Source: the human T2T-CHM13v2.0 reference genome, Homo sapiens
DNA: 64,000 nucleotides
NCBI RefSeq assembly: GCF_009914755.1
Contig: NC_060925.1
Direction: 5' to 3' (one strand)
Translations under genes and position numbers: made by a program
Shown: positions 33,650 to 52,655 of the stretch, one piece after another
How the letters are laid out: each line of letters starts with the position of its first letter
How positions within the stretch are numbered: position 1 is the stretch's first letter
Notes under the pieces: model-generated
What the model was told of the DNA's origin: nothing
Databases searched by the model: none
Seen by the model: only the letters and a program-made list of their open reading frames with translations

Positions 33650-34129
33650 CGCTAACTCCAGCATTAAGCGCTCGCCGCCTCGGTCCTGAGGAGGGCAGTG
33701 ACGGGTACGGCCGCTCACTCCCAGCTCGGCGCTAACACGGTTAACCTCCAGCTCTTACAGCTGCCGTCGCTCCGCCTCTGCCAGTTCAATGTTTTATTGG
33801 TGAACGTGATCCGGGGCCTTCCAAGTCCCGCCAATCCAGATGTAGGAGAGGTAGGGTTAGGCGCGTGCCGCGAGAACAGAGTGGACGGAGAGTAGGAGAG
33901 ACCGAAAAGGCTGGGGGTGGGAGTAGCGGATTTGAAGCACTTGTTGGCCTACAGAGGTGTGGCAAGCAGAGCACCTCAGAACTCAGGCGTACTGCCCGCC
34001 GCCCGAGCCCTGCGAGGGCCGATAGCGAGGGTGTGGCCCTTATCTGCACCCAGCAGAGCGCCGGCGGGGTACGGTCTTAGGACCTCGATCTCCTTCTCCC
34101 TCATTTTCTCTCATCCCTACCTATTGTGG
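33650..34129 (+). promoter_or_regulatory. PPOX: PPOX CpG promoter and non-coding exon 1 (donor GG|GTGAGT at 34129/34130) with GATA and CACCC motifs
   Basis: CCAAT ~33831, CGATAG 34020-34025, GGGTGTGG 34029-34036, TTATCT 34040-34045. Confidence 0.75.
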
Positions 34130-34208
34130 GTGAGTCCTGGCCCCTGGACGGGGACCTCGCTGTTCCACCAGCCCATCCGTGCACACTTAGTTTCCCCTAA
34201 AGCAGTGA

Positions 34209-38632
<4,424 letters not shown>

Positions 38633-38653
38633 TCCCCAACTCTCATTCATGAA

Positions 38654-38659
38654 AATAAA
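38654..38659 (+). terminator. PPOX: PPOX polyadenylation signal AATAAA
   Basis: 21 nt after the TGA. Confidence 0.85.
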
Positions 38660-38780
38660 AATTGCTGGAGCTTGGCTTGGTCTGGCTGTTCTATCACCTA
38701 TAGGCATAAGAATGCGGGGCAGCAAAGAGGCAAAGTGTGCCTGGGATGCAGAAAGCAGGAGCAGATGCGAGACAAAGTCC

Positions 38781-38786
38781 TTTATT
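38781..38786 (-). terminator. B4GALT3: B4GALT3 polyadenylation signal (AATAAA on -)
   Basis: TTTATT on +, ~490 nt past the B4GALT3 stop. Confidence 0.8.
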
Positions 38787-39271
38787 AGAAAATATATCAA
38801 AATCCCAGCCCCCTGAGCCAGGACCAGAAGAGGGAGCTATTCCAGCATAGGCAGAAAATGCCCAGGGAGGGGCTTCCTTCACCAAACAACTTCCCGGGAA
38901 CCATAAATAGAATAAATATTCACAGAGGTCCGAGGAGAAGCCAGATCACTCTTCTCTCCATGGAAGAGGGAGGGGCTTGGGGTCCAGCCCTGCTCCTACT
39001 CTAGGGGCAGGGACTCCTAGGAATCGTCACATAAAATCATGACATCAAGGATTCACAGTCATAAGCCCTACAGGAGACCCTAGAGAGAGGGACCCCTGAG
39101 GTCTACAGGAGCCCAGCTCCAGTCCAGCAGTGAGGGAGAGGCCCCTACCCCCTAGCACGGCACCAGAGTTCAGTTCCCTCACATCCCTCTGAGAACAGTG
39201 AGGAGCTGAGGGTGGGGAGAATACAACCCCATGAATTCGGTTTCATGATTAAGGTAGACAGGAAGGAGGAG

Positions 39272-42200
39272 TCAGTGTGAACCTCGGAGGGCTGTGTGGT
39301 TGGCAGTAGATAGAGGCCCAGGCCTGGCTGGGGGCCGGCGTTGCAGCATCTCTTGACGGAAGGCTTGGGAGGAACCAGGTGGGTAACGTGGCCCAGAAGG
39401 AGCCCGAGGACCCCGAGGGTCAGTCCCAATGTCTGCTGTGATGTTGGTATAAAGAGGCCCCAGCTCTCGAGCCAGCAACTGGTATGTCAGTGAGTTCATC
39501 CCATCTTGCGTCCAGGAATTCTGGGTACGGACCAGGAGGTCAAATCTGAGGGTTAGAGGTTGGAGACTAAGACCCAGAAAGGAACAGCCAGAAATCTAGG
39601 GACCTTTAGGATTTTCCTGGCTAGGGGTACAGAACCCTGAGGATCCAGTAACAATTCCCAGGCAGTCCTTCCTTCTTCCTACCTGTGGGGATTTTCCTCA
39701 TTGCCCTTATCTCCTCGGTGCTTCACCATCTTATAGTGTCCTACAGATGTGGGGGGCCGAGAGATCTTCATCCCAGCCAGGCGCACCCTATGGGAAAAGT
39801 GAGGGTATCATGGGGGATCCAGAGTAGAGAAAAGCAAGGAAGGGATTAAATGTTTCTGTACACACAAAAAAACAACTATTACTTAGTAGGCAAAAGAAAA
39901 AAAAGCCCAGGACAGAAGTCAAACAGAAAGAAGGAAATGGCTGAAGAGAATATAAAAGCTGGATGTATCCAAATCCTCAGGGCCCAGTGCCAGTCACCCT
40001 AGGGCCTTTAAACAGTTGGCAACCTATTCCCTTGGCTTCCTAAAGGGCTCCTAGGAGCTGCCCTTGCAGTCTAGGAAGGACGCAGAGAGAGGCCATTCTG
40101 TCAAAAGAATAAGAGAAGACTGGGAGTTGCTGAGAATCTTAGTTAGAATAGTGACTGAGCTACCCCAGCTTCTCTCCCACATCCCCCATGTTAAGAAAAA
40201 GGTAGGCCAGGTGCAGTGGCTCACACCTGCAATCCTAGCACTTTTGGATGCCAAGGCAGAAGGATCACTTGAGGCCAGGAGTTCAAGACCAGCCTGGGAA
40301 AATAATGGGACCTTGTCTCTAGAGAAAAAGAAAAAAAAAAAAAACGAAAGAAAGAAAAGAAAAGGGTAGAACCAGGTAATCAGGACCTTAAAAGAAACAA
40401 ACTCCACTTCTGACACACAGAAGCATGGAGTGCAGATGGCCTGGGAAGGAACTAGAAGAATACTTATGTATATTTACAATTCACTGGGTATTTCACACAC
40501 ATACAGAGGATGAGAATTCACAGAGATGTCATCACAGAGGACACAGGGGGAATGGAGGCAATTGGTCCTGCATACCAAGCCCAAATATTCATACCACAGA
40601 CATGAAATTGGGTCAGCTGAGGCTGAAGGTCAGAATGTTTCACATGCTAAAAATGAGTTGGCCCTGTGCCAATGGCACAGGCCTTTTACAAAGCGATTCT
40701 GGGAACATGGAGCAGAGCCCCTCTCTCCTAACCCCATAGGAAGTGGCCTGGCTGGAACCCCAGCAGAAGGCAAGACTAAGCTGTCTCTGGGCCCCTTTCC
40801 AGTTCTGGAATCCGACGATACTATTTCCTATTGATCTTATGTCCTCTCCCAAGAACAAACTAACCAGGAGACTGAAGGATGACACAATGGGCAGTAGCAT
40901 GCAAGCCTGACCTGGGTATCCTAAAAAGACTAAGGGAAAGGAATGGGCTCAGTGCAGGACCAGGGAGCTAAAGGTTAGTGCTGAAGGGCTATGGTCAAAG
41001 GTGGTCTTAGAGGACAGGGATCCAGACTGGGGTCAGGAGGGAGGAAGTGGCAGGAAGTCTGACCTGGTAGCAATGTCGTCATCCTCACCACCCCAGCCCC
41101 AGTATTCATTGGGGAAGCCATTCATCTTCAGGTACTGGTCAGGAGTAAGTGCTGAGACTCCTCCGAAGTACTGGGGGTACGGGAGGCTAGGGAGAGAAAG
41201 ATCCTTGCACACCCCGAGTCTTCTGGGGACACATCCCCAACCACAATCCGCTTGGCTCTCCTCCTTCCACAGGATAGTAGGCTTCCCTGTTTCCCAGTAC
41301 CCTTCCATGCCCTCTACCTGTATCCAAACTTGTTCATAGCAACGGCAACATGGCGGGGTCCCCGGGGGTCACACACATACAGATTGTGGTCATTTTCTGG
41401 CAAGAGGTCCACATCGTGCAAGAACAGGCAGTCCCACTCTTCATCACGCAGGGCCTCTCGCACCCCAACGTTCAACAGTTTTGCCCTGTTAAATGTTCCA
41501 TTTCCAGCCTGGAAGATAATGGAGGGGAACCAGACTATGTCTGTAGGTGGCACGGAGAAAAGGGGGCTAAAGAATAAAAGTGAAGGCCGGGCGCGGTGGC
41601 TCACGCCTGTAATCCCAGTACTTTGGGAGGCCAAGGCGGGCAGATCACAAGGTCAGGAGATTGAGACCACCCTGGCTAACACGGTAAAACCCCATCTCTA
41701 CTAAAAATACAAAAAATTAGCTGGGCATGGTGGTACACGCCTGTAGTCCCAGCTACTCAGGAGGCTGAGGCAGGAGAATGGCGTAAAACCCGGGAGGTGG
41801 AGCTTGCAGTCAGCCGAGATCGTGCCACTGCACTCCAGCCTGGGGGACAGAGTGAGATCTCAAAAAAAAAAAAAAAGAAAAAAAAGAATAAAAGTGAAAA
41901 GAGGGAAATCAAAGTGGGGTGGAGGGCAAGGAGAATGAAAAAGAAAGACTATCTTTTTCATTTTTCCACTTAGTCATTTGACAAATCTTGCTTGTGTATT
42001 GGTATGGACCTGATACTTAAGATGCTGCTGTCTAACATTTAATCCTGACAATTGGCAACCAACAATGGTGTGGTGTGGAACAGATGGTATATTAGTTATC
42101 TTATGCTCTTTCCTCATGTTAGATGTTTAAGTATCTTGCTCAGAGTCATACATGTAACAAGTGACGGAACTAGAATTTTAGCCCTATTGTGTCCAATTCC

Positions 42201-43519
42201 AACTCTGCACAAGCCATTCAATAAAGAAAAAATCACAGGAGAGTGTAGGACAGTGGGAATAACCTAAGCAGATTAAGGAAAAGTATGGGACTAACAAAGT
42301 TGGAAGAGCAGTGCCGGGTGCTTCTCCACACTCTAACAGTCTGGCCTTCTTAAAATTATTCTAGGGACCCATTTAGATGAAAGTGAAGTGGCATGTGCTT
42401 GAGGCTTCCTTAGAAGAAAGTCAGTCAAAATGAGGTGGAGATTGGGGGTACCTGGTGGATGACATAGATGCCATAAGCAAGCTGCTGGCGCTGCAAGAAG
42501 GGGTGCAGGTGGTAGAGCAGCAGGCGCAGGTGGTGCTCCCGGGCACGATGAGGCACAATGATGGCTGTTCGGGAGCGGGGCTCACAACCTGCAGGGCGGT
42601 ACCGGCCCCCTGGTTCTACCCGGGGATTCCGCTCCACAATCTCTGCCAGTGATGGCACTGGGCTAAAGGACACCGACACAGGACCCACTGTTGGGAAGGA
42701 ATGGCAAGTAGAGGGATCAGAGGGGCAAAGAGAAAAGAATCAAACTAGGGTTTGGGAATACCTCTGACACTGGCAGTCTGGTTCTGGGGCTTAGTTCTCA
42801 GGGCTCACTCAGAAATCTCGCATGCCTTGGATTACCTATCACTGGGACAGCTCTACAAAGGCTGGAAGGTGCAGGATCCTTACCTAGCCTTCTCTTCTTA
42901 TTTTAGGGTTGCCTAACTTTCTCCTGTCTTACAGGGTTGGAAGCTATAGTTGAAGGCTGGAGAGACTTGCAACTAATTAAACCAGGGCTCATCTACAAGG
43001 AAAACAATTCCTAGCCTGGGGCAGGAAGAGCCCATAAAGGGACAAGCAGTAGAAAGTGGAAACCCAATAGTCTAATCTAAACTCCCAATTCAGAGTCTAC
43101 TCTATCTCAACCTCAGCCCTCTATCTCAACCTCAGCCTACCTGCAGCCTCAGCCTACCTATCCTCTTCTAAGTTCCACTTCTGCCACTCCATGCCTCCCT
43201 ATCCCCAAGCCTCCCTGTCTCCGCACCTTGTCCTTCCTTTCACCACCTCCTTCCTCCTGCACTTACCTAAGAGAGGAGATCGTTCTGGACAGTAGGGCAG
43301 ACCTTGAGGAGCTGGAGGACCCCCTGGGGCCCCAGGCAGGTGACTGAGGTTACTGTAGACATCACGAGGGTGAGAATAGTCAAATGTCGGTCCCTGATCT
43401 CGGCCAAATAGGGCACTGAGACTTCGGAAGCCCCCCAGTGACAGGTACATCATGACAGCCAGCTGGGAGCCCACAAGCAGGGCCAGCGTGCAAGGCCGCT
43501 CCAGCAGCCTCCGCAACAT
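39272..43519 (-). CDS. B4GALT3: Beta-1,4-galactosyltransferase 3 (GT7), 393 aa
   Basis: Coding exons 43519-43267, 42687-42452, 41508-41318, 41186-41064, 39787-39683, 39545-39272 (1182 nt). N-terminal signal anchor, [22 protein letters not shown] motifs. Confidence 0.98.
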
Positions 43520-43892
43520 CCTGGGGGTGAGATCTAGGGAGGGAGAGGGGAATTCTGGGGGTAGGCAGGAAGAGAGCAAGCCAGCAGAGAGGTCAGTAGG
43601 TAGGGTTGAAGGTGATGCCAGGGGTAAAGAGGAAAAAGCAGAAAACAAAGTCACAGAAGGGAGCACACAGGTGCACAGTCACGCAAGGAAACAGAATGTA
43701 ACCACCAGTAACCCTACCACCTGTCACTTCAGCCCAAGTTTCGCTCTCCTCTACCTCCCCCCAAACCACTCCCACCATCTACTGTCAGTCCTCACCCCCA
43801 AAAATGTTTACATCATTCAAATCTCATGTTCATTTCAGAAAGTCTCTAGAGAACCCCCTCTTCCAATTTTAGAAGGGAAGAGATAGACTCAC

Positions 43893-44038
43893 CTAGGTTC
43901 AAGCTGTCTTCTTAGGGATCATGGGGGCTCCAGGGGGTCCCGGGGGGACAGAGATGTGAGGCATTATCTAAAATTGGAAATGTCACAGAGGGCAGAGAAA
44001 GGCTCCATCCAGCACTCCAGCAGCGAATCTGGGACCAG
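43893..44038 (-). other. B4GALT3: B4GALT3 non-coding exon 2
   Basis: CTTCTGTTCCAG| acceptor and TAG|GTGAGT donor on the minus strand. Confidence 0.7.
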
Positions 44039-44881
44039 CTGGAACAGAAGTGGTAAAGGATAACTAGCTACCTGCACCGCCAGAGATCAGGATCAGGGTG
44101 AAGCTGGTTTCCCAGCAGGCGAAGTGAAGGAAAGTGGTTGGAAAGGAAGAGGAGGAGCAGGAGATGGTAGGTCCCTCGCCTATCTCCCGTGCTACCCTGG
44201 AATGATAAGTGTCAGGTTCATACTTAACCACCCCCGTACCCCCACCCCAACAGGACAGATTGGGGAGTGGGGACAGGACAGCTAATGGAAACATTGTTTT
44301 CCCCCAGACCAAGAACCAGTTGAAGTGGCGACAGAGTCATGACAGGACCGTGGAGTGGCCTAAGGAGTACCCAGGGCGAAGTAGGAAACAGGCTCCTTCT
44401 ATTCTTCATGTGCCTGGGTGCCAACTCCTCAGGTGCAGGGACCGTGACCACCTGGGGGCTGTAAGCGAACAGCCCCGGAGCTCGGCGGAGAGTAGGGTGG
44501 GGGTGGCGTCCTCTACCTTTTCTACCTTTCCCCTCTTCTAGCGGGGGTGGGGAGGAGGGTTACTGCTGAAGAGAAAGGGAGAGGGAGAGCAGGGGCAGAG
44601 ACAGTCAGGGGTGGCTGGAAGGGCTCACCTAGAGGGGCGTGGTCCGCGCTGTGGAGGGGGTTAAAACCCAGCTCTTTCGGAGCACGCCCATCCTATCCCA
44701 GTCTCTTGCTTTTGCCCTACCTACTAGCAACGTGAGCCCGCCCGGCCCCCGTCCATACTTCCACCTAGGACCCCGTCCCTGCTCAGGCTCGTCTCCAGGC
44801 GTTACCCAAAACTTCTCACTCTCTCGAATGCCCAAACCTTTATCCCAGGCCTCCGTGTCGACGCATTCCCAGCGCACATAC

Positions 44882-45130
44882 CTGGTCTTTTGCTGCCTGT
44901 CGTCACCGCCACCCCAACAGCCGGGCAGGCATCGCTGCCGCCATCTTGGAAGCGGGCGCTGCGGGGGCGGGGTCTCGCGTCATGGGGCGGGGCCTCGGGG
45001 CGGAGCCACCCGGGCTGACTAGGCACCCGGTCCCAGACACCGCGTGGCCGGGGGCTTGTGAGGGAGCAGCGCCTGAGCCTGCCCACCTGGAACGCGTTGT
45101 AGGCGACCCCCTGGGGAGCGGGTGCTAGGG
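44882..45130 (-). promoter_or_regulatory. B4GALT3: B4GALT3 CpG promoter and non-coding exon 1 (donor CAG|GTATGT at 44882/44881)
   Basis: Multiple GC boxes at 44965-45005, YY1 motif CAAGATGGCGGC on -. Confidence 0.75.
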
Positions 45131-46095
45131 TTCAACTCCACTACGCAGACTGCTAGTGGGATTTCATTTCCTGCCCCTCAGATTTGTAAAAGCAGAAGCT
45201 CAAGCCCTTCATTTTCCTCTGGGCCGAGACTGATCAGGAGGCTAGTGAGCCGGTTTCTGGTGCTCCGCTGACCTCGTTATCACCTTGTGGTTGGCTGAGC
45301 CCTCTCCCAGTGTGTCAGTGGCACCCCCTGCAGCCTAGTGCCACTTAGTATCAATTGTTCCTTACGCAGGCTACAGCGTTGCGGACCGCTCTAGCGCATT
45401 TTTGTATTCCCGTTGTATCCCGCAGGCCTGGAAATAAAAAGCGATTAGTTAATAAAACAATGAAACATTGAAGGTGGAGGGAAAGACAGCGTCTTCTTTA
45501 AAGTCAAATGATGTTTCCCCAGATATTAGAGTAAAATGGATGCTCCGTTAACATGCAATATGTTTACCTTACGACAAACACTACCGCCTAGCATATTGTG
45601 TTCCTTAGAAGCAGATATTCACGCTGAAGAAGCAATCAGAGACTTGAATAACTCACAGAATCTGCCCCAAAAAGCCCATGGTCTTGTGTATCTTGTATGG
45701 AGGGAGGGATGTAAACAATATAACGTGATAAATATGCTGGCCTAGAAGTGGCAACTCATTCATACGTGGAGATTCTAGAAAGGCTTCCCAGAAGTGATGG
45801 CTAATGGGAAACCTGAAGGACTTGTCTATAGCATATCCTTCTGCTTTAAAGATTCTGTTTTCATGGGAGTTATTTTACAATTCATGTAGGTAACTGATCT
45901 GTATGCAAATTCTATCCTGTCTGGTAGAGGTTCAATTAACCTGCTGTTCCCCACACTGTGGGGAAAAAAAGCAGTTTTGGCGTCCATTTTCATATTCATT
46001 TCTGTTTTCCTGATCCATAAATATGTCCGTTCTCTAGATTTTCTCTTGTATTAATTATAACATCTGCTAGTTTCTTCATGAGTTAGGTAAAATAA

Positions 46096-46431
<336 letters not shown>

Positions 46432-46439
46432 TAATTTAA

Positions 46440-46559
<120 letters not shown>

Positions 46560-46591
46560 TGAGTAGCTGGGACAACAGCACATCCAGCTAA

Positions 46592-47104
<513 letters not shown>

Positions 47105-47192
47105 TGATCCACCTACCTTAGCCTCCCAAAGTGCTGGGATTATAGGCATGAGCCACTGCACCCGGCCTATGTGTTCATTTTTATGTTGGTAT

Positions 47193-47541
47193 TGACAAAG
47201 ACCATCTCCTTAACCAGACTTTCAACAGGCTCCTCTAAGGCCTCTTTTTGGCTAGGTCTTGTCCTTATGCGCTGTCTTGGGCCTGCCTAGCCAGTTATAG
47301 CAAGAATCCTGCCAAGTCAGTTTAGGGATAATTCCCTGCCCGCTTCTCCACCCTTGATAGCTGATCTATCTGATCACCCTCACCTGCCTTCAGGAAAGAT
47401 CCTGTTAGGTCAGTTTAGCAAGAATCCTCCTAGCCTTAATGTAATTTTCCTTCCATCCACTGACTCTGATTCTGCTCATTGACTATTGCAATAGTCTTCC
47501 TTACTGTTATAACAAGTGTCAGAATAATTTTTTCTTCAACA
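47193..47541 (+). mobile_element. Solo LTR, MER31-like (ERV1)
   Basis: Starts TGACAAAGACCATCTCCTTAACCAGACTTT, ends ...ATTTTTTCTTCAACA (TG...CA). Degenerate 4-bp TSD GTAT/GTTT. Family assigned from recalled consensus. Confidence 0.65.
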
Positions 47542-47572
47542 GTTTAAGGGTCATAATTTTACCTTCTTCTGA

Positions 47573-47764
<192 letters not shown>

Positions 47765-50700
47765 TGAATAGTGTTCCAAGCAGAGGAAACCATAAGTGCA
47801 AAATTCTGGAAATGAGGAAGAAATTAGGGAGTTTGGGAAATTAAAACTGGGCCCGCAAGGCTGGACAGTAGAGTGAAGGGAATGTTGAGATATGAGACTG
47901 GAGAGGTAAGCAAATGCCAAATAATGAAGGACTCCACAAACCATGCTAAAAGAGTTTGGGTCTTATCCAGAGGGCAAGAAGAAGGCATTAAAGTGCTGTA
48001 AATAGAGAGTGCTATGATCAGAACTTTAGGAAATGTGGAGCACTAATTGAAGTAGTCAAGACCAGAGGCAGGGAGACTATTTAGAAAGTTACTGCAGAAA
48101 TCCAGGAATAAGATGAAGCTCATGCAGAATAGGTAATACCCGTGGGACTGGAGGGAAGAAAGTAACTTTGGGAACTTTCAGGAGGCAAACAGGACTTGAA
48201 GATTGACTGGATGTGCCAAGTTAGGGAATTGGACTCCAAGAGGACACCCAGATTTCTAATTTGGACCACTGGGTGGTGCCATTTAATGAGAAACAAAACT
48301 TAGGAAGAAGCACATTTTGGGGAAGGGGTAGAGATGACAAACTTTAGACATAATGAGTTTGAGGTGCCTGTGAAGGCTCAAAATGAGATAATGCTGGGTT
48401 TAAATACAATACCAACTTTGAAACCCATTGGCTGTGTACTGAGCAATACACTCTGGATTTCATCTGTAAAATGAACTCTAGCCTTAAGGGGTTTTGTGAT
48501 CATTAGAACTATGGAAAACTTTTGAGCACAAATAGAAGCCAAGACAAAGCCTTGATTTTTTTTATTATAATTTTTTTTTTTTGAAGAGACAGTCTCACTA
48601 TGTTGCCCAGGCTGGTCTCAAACTCCTGGGTTGAAGTGATCCTCCCGCTATGGCCTCCCAAACTTGATTTTTTGTTTGTTTTACTTTTATTATTTTTTAT
48701 TATTATTTTTAGCTTCTGATATAGTATAACTCAAAAAGCCTTGATTTTTTAAGAATATCACTGTGTAGTGGAAAAGACAGACTTAAACAGATCATTGAAA
48801 TGTGGTTCTTGGCCTGGCATCATGGCTCACGCCTGTAATCCCAACACTTTGGGAGGCCCAGTTAGGTGGATCAGTTGAGTTCAGGAGTTTAAGATCAGCC
48901 TGGGCAATATGGCAAAATTCCCTTCCAAGAAAAATACAAAAATTAGCTGGGCATGGTGGCTCACAGCTGTAGTTCCAGCTACTCACAGGGCTGAGGTGGG
49001 AGGATCACTTGAACCCAGGAGTTCAAGGCTGCAGTGAGCTGATTGCACCACTGCACTACTCCAGCCTGAGTGATAGAGCCAGATTCTGTCTCAAAGAAGA
49101 AAGAAAGAGAGAAAGAGAGAAAATGTGGTTCTCCCAGAGGACCCTTCCTTTGAGCCTCTGTTCCTCCATCGCGTTCTGTCTTACAGGACTGACCCTCACT
49201 TTCTTTTTTTTTTTTGGGATGGAGTTTCTCTCTTGTTGCCCAGGCTGGAGTGCAACAGCATGATCTGCAGCTCACCGCAACCTCCGCCTCCTGGGTTCAA
49301 GTAACTCTCCTGCCTCAGCCTCCCAAGTAGCTGGGATTACAGGCATGTGCTACCACGCCCGGCTAATTTTGTATTTTTAGTAGAGACGGGGTTTCTCCAT
49401 GTTGGTCAGGGTGGTCTCAAACTGCTAACCTCAGGTGATCTGCCCACCTCGGCCTCCCAAAGTGGTGGGATTACAGGCTTGAGCCACCACGCCCAGCCTT
49501 CACTTTCTGTCTCCTTCTGTATCTAACCATCTTCTTTTTTAGAGTCAGAGACTCACTCTGTCACCCAGGCTGGAGTGCAATGGCATGATTATAGCCCACT
49601 GCAGCCTTGAACTCCTGGGTTAAGGTGATCCTCCTGCCTCAACCTCTCAAGTAGCTAGGACTACAGGTGTGTACCTAGCTAATTTAGTTTTTTGTGGAGA
49701 CGGAGTCTCACTCTGTTGCCCAGGCTGGTCTTGAATTCCTGGCCTCAAGTGAGCCTCCTGTGAGCCACCACAAAGGCCTATCTACTATCTTCTGGCCATT
49801 CCTTTACATTAATTTGTAAGCTCCCTGTTTTCAAGAACCTTCCCTTCTGCTCTGTCTCACCCTGGCCACACCCTGGACTTAGTCATCACCTAGAACTGTT
49901 ATGTTTCTGAAAACTTAAATTTTAACATGCTGGTTTCCACCACAACATCCTGTCTTTCAATATTCTGAATAAATCCTGGGGCCCACACTGGCCCAGTCAT
50001 GGCACATAACACAATAGAAGAAACCCAGTTTAGTAATCAAAAACTAATTTAAATCTCTACTTAATTTCTCAAGGAAATATCAGAGACAGGGGAAAGGGGC
50101 AGTGGATTAGGAGCACATTTTAATGGACAGCCCAATGTCTTTAAAATCCTCTGTCTCGGCCGAGCGCAGAGACTCATGCCTGTAATCCCAGCGCTTTGGG
50201 AGGCCGAGGCAGGTGGATCACCTGAGGTCAGGAGTTCGAGACCAGCCTGACCAACATGGTGAAACCCTGTCTCTACTAAAAATACAAAAATTAGCCGGGT
50301 GTGGCAGCACACGCTTGTAATTCCAGCTACTCGGGAGGCTGAGACAAGAGAATTGCTTAAACCTGGGAGGTGGAGATGGCGCCACTGCACTCCAGCCTGG
50401 AAAACAGAGGGAGACTCTGTTGCAAAAAAAAAAAATATTCCTCTCCCTCTTCCATTCAACATTTTCTACTTGGATGTTATTTCTTCCCAAAACTATCCCT
50501 TCCAACTCCCCTCAGCCTACACTGTTGTTCCAGATCTCTCTCCCACTCAGCTCTTTCTCTTACCATATTATCCTCCAGTTTCTGGTTTTCTGGTCTGTTC
50601 TCTTTACCTCTTTACCTCACTTTGGTTTTGTATAACATAGAAGAACCTGAACCTGACCTAGCAAACAGAAATCATGCCCCCCTGACACCCTCCCACCATC

Positions 50701-50862
50701 CATGGGTTCCCTGCAGTCTTACAGCTTTCTTTTTTTTTTTTGGAAACAAGTTCTCATTCTGTCACCCAGGCTGGAGTGCAGTGGCACAATCACAGCTCAC
50801 TGCAGCCTCCACCTCCTGAGTTTAAGTGATCCTCCCACCTCAGCCCCCACCCCATTCCCTGA

Positions 50863-51200
<338 letters not shown>

Positions 51201-52190
51201 TGACCTCATGATCCACCTGCCTTGGCCTCCCAAAGTGCTGGGATTACAGGCATGAGCCACTGCACCCTGCCTTTTTTTGTATTTTTTGTAGAGACCAGGT
51301 TTCATCATGTCCCCCAGGCTGGTCTTGAACTTCTGGCCTCAAGTGATCCTCCCACCTTGGCCTCCCAAAGTGCTGGGACTACAGGTATGGGTCACTGTGC
51401 CCAGCCTTACTGCTCACTTCTAGAAGGAGAGACAGGCACCTCCTCCAGAAACACTTCTGTGGCCTCATATTCTGTGCTAGGTGCCCCTCCTTGATCATGG
51501 CACCTATCACAGAAGTCTGAAATTTTTGTCCTACTTGACTGTCTCAGCCACCAGATTGTGAACTCTGAGGATTAGGACCATGTCTTTCCTTTTATCATCC
51601 CTTCAATGTAAGCCAGAACTTTTTGCACAAATTTACAAAATGGCCCTTAGATCTGACCTAGACAGTTCCTTGATATAACTGTTTTCTCACGTGAATGCAG
51701 GGGTTAGAAGTCAGGGAGCAGACAAAGGAAGAGATATAAGGAAAGGAGAACTGGCCTTTATTGACCACTTACTAAAAGCCAGACACAGTGCCAAACATTT
51801 ACATCATCATATTCTTAAGTCTGGACCTCTCTATAAGGCAGGTAATAGTACAAACGTTTTGTAGGTAAGGAAACTGAGGTTTACAGAGATCAAGTAATTA
51901 AGGTTGCATCATTACAGGTAAGTAAGTAGCAAGGCTTAGATTCAATTTGACTCCAAAAATCCATGTCCTTTCCACATGCTGTGGAATGTTTACAATGTTT
52001 ACAACCCATTGGCTTATTTATTGAACAAATAAATGGGATAAACAGTCAATTCTCAATGCACGATTAGGTCAATTAATATCTTTTACTCTTCAGATCCATT
52101 TTCAGGTGAAAATTCTTACATTTTCCGCTCCCTACTACTTATTTGCATCTATATTATCAACAGAATGTGTTGGCCAGGCACCCTGGCTCA

Positions 52191-52655
<465 letters not shown>

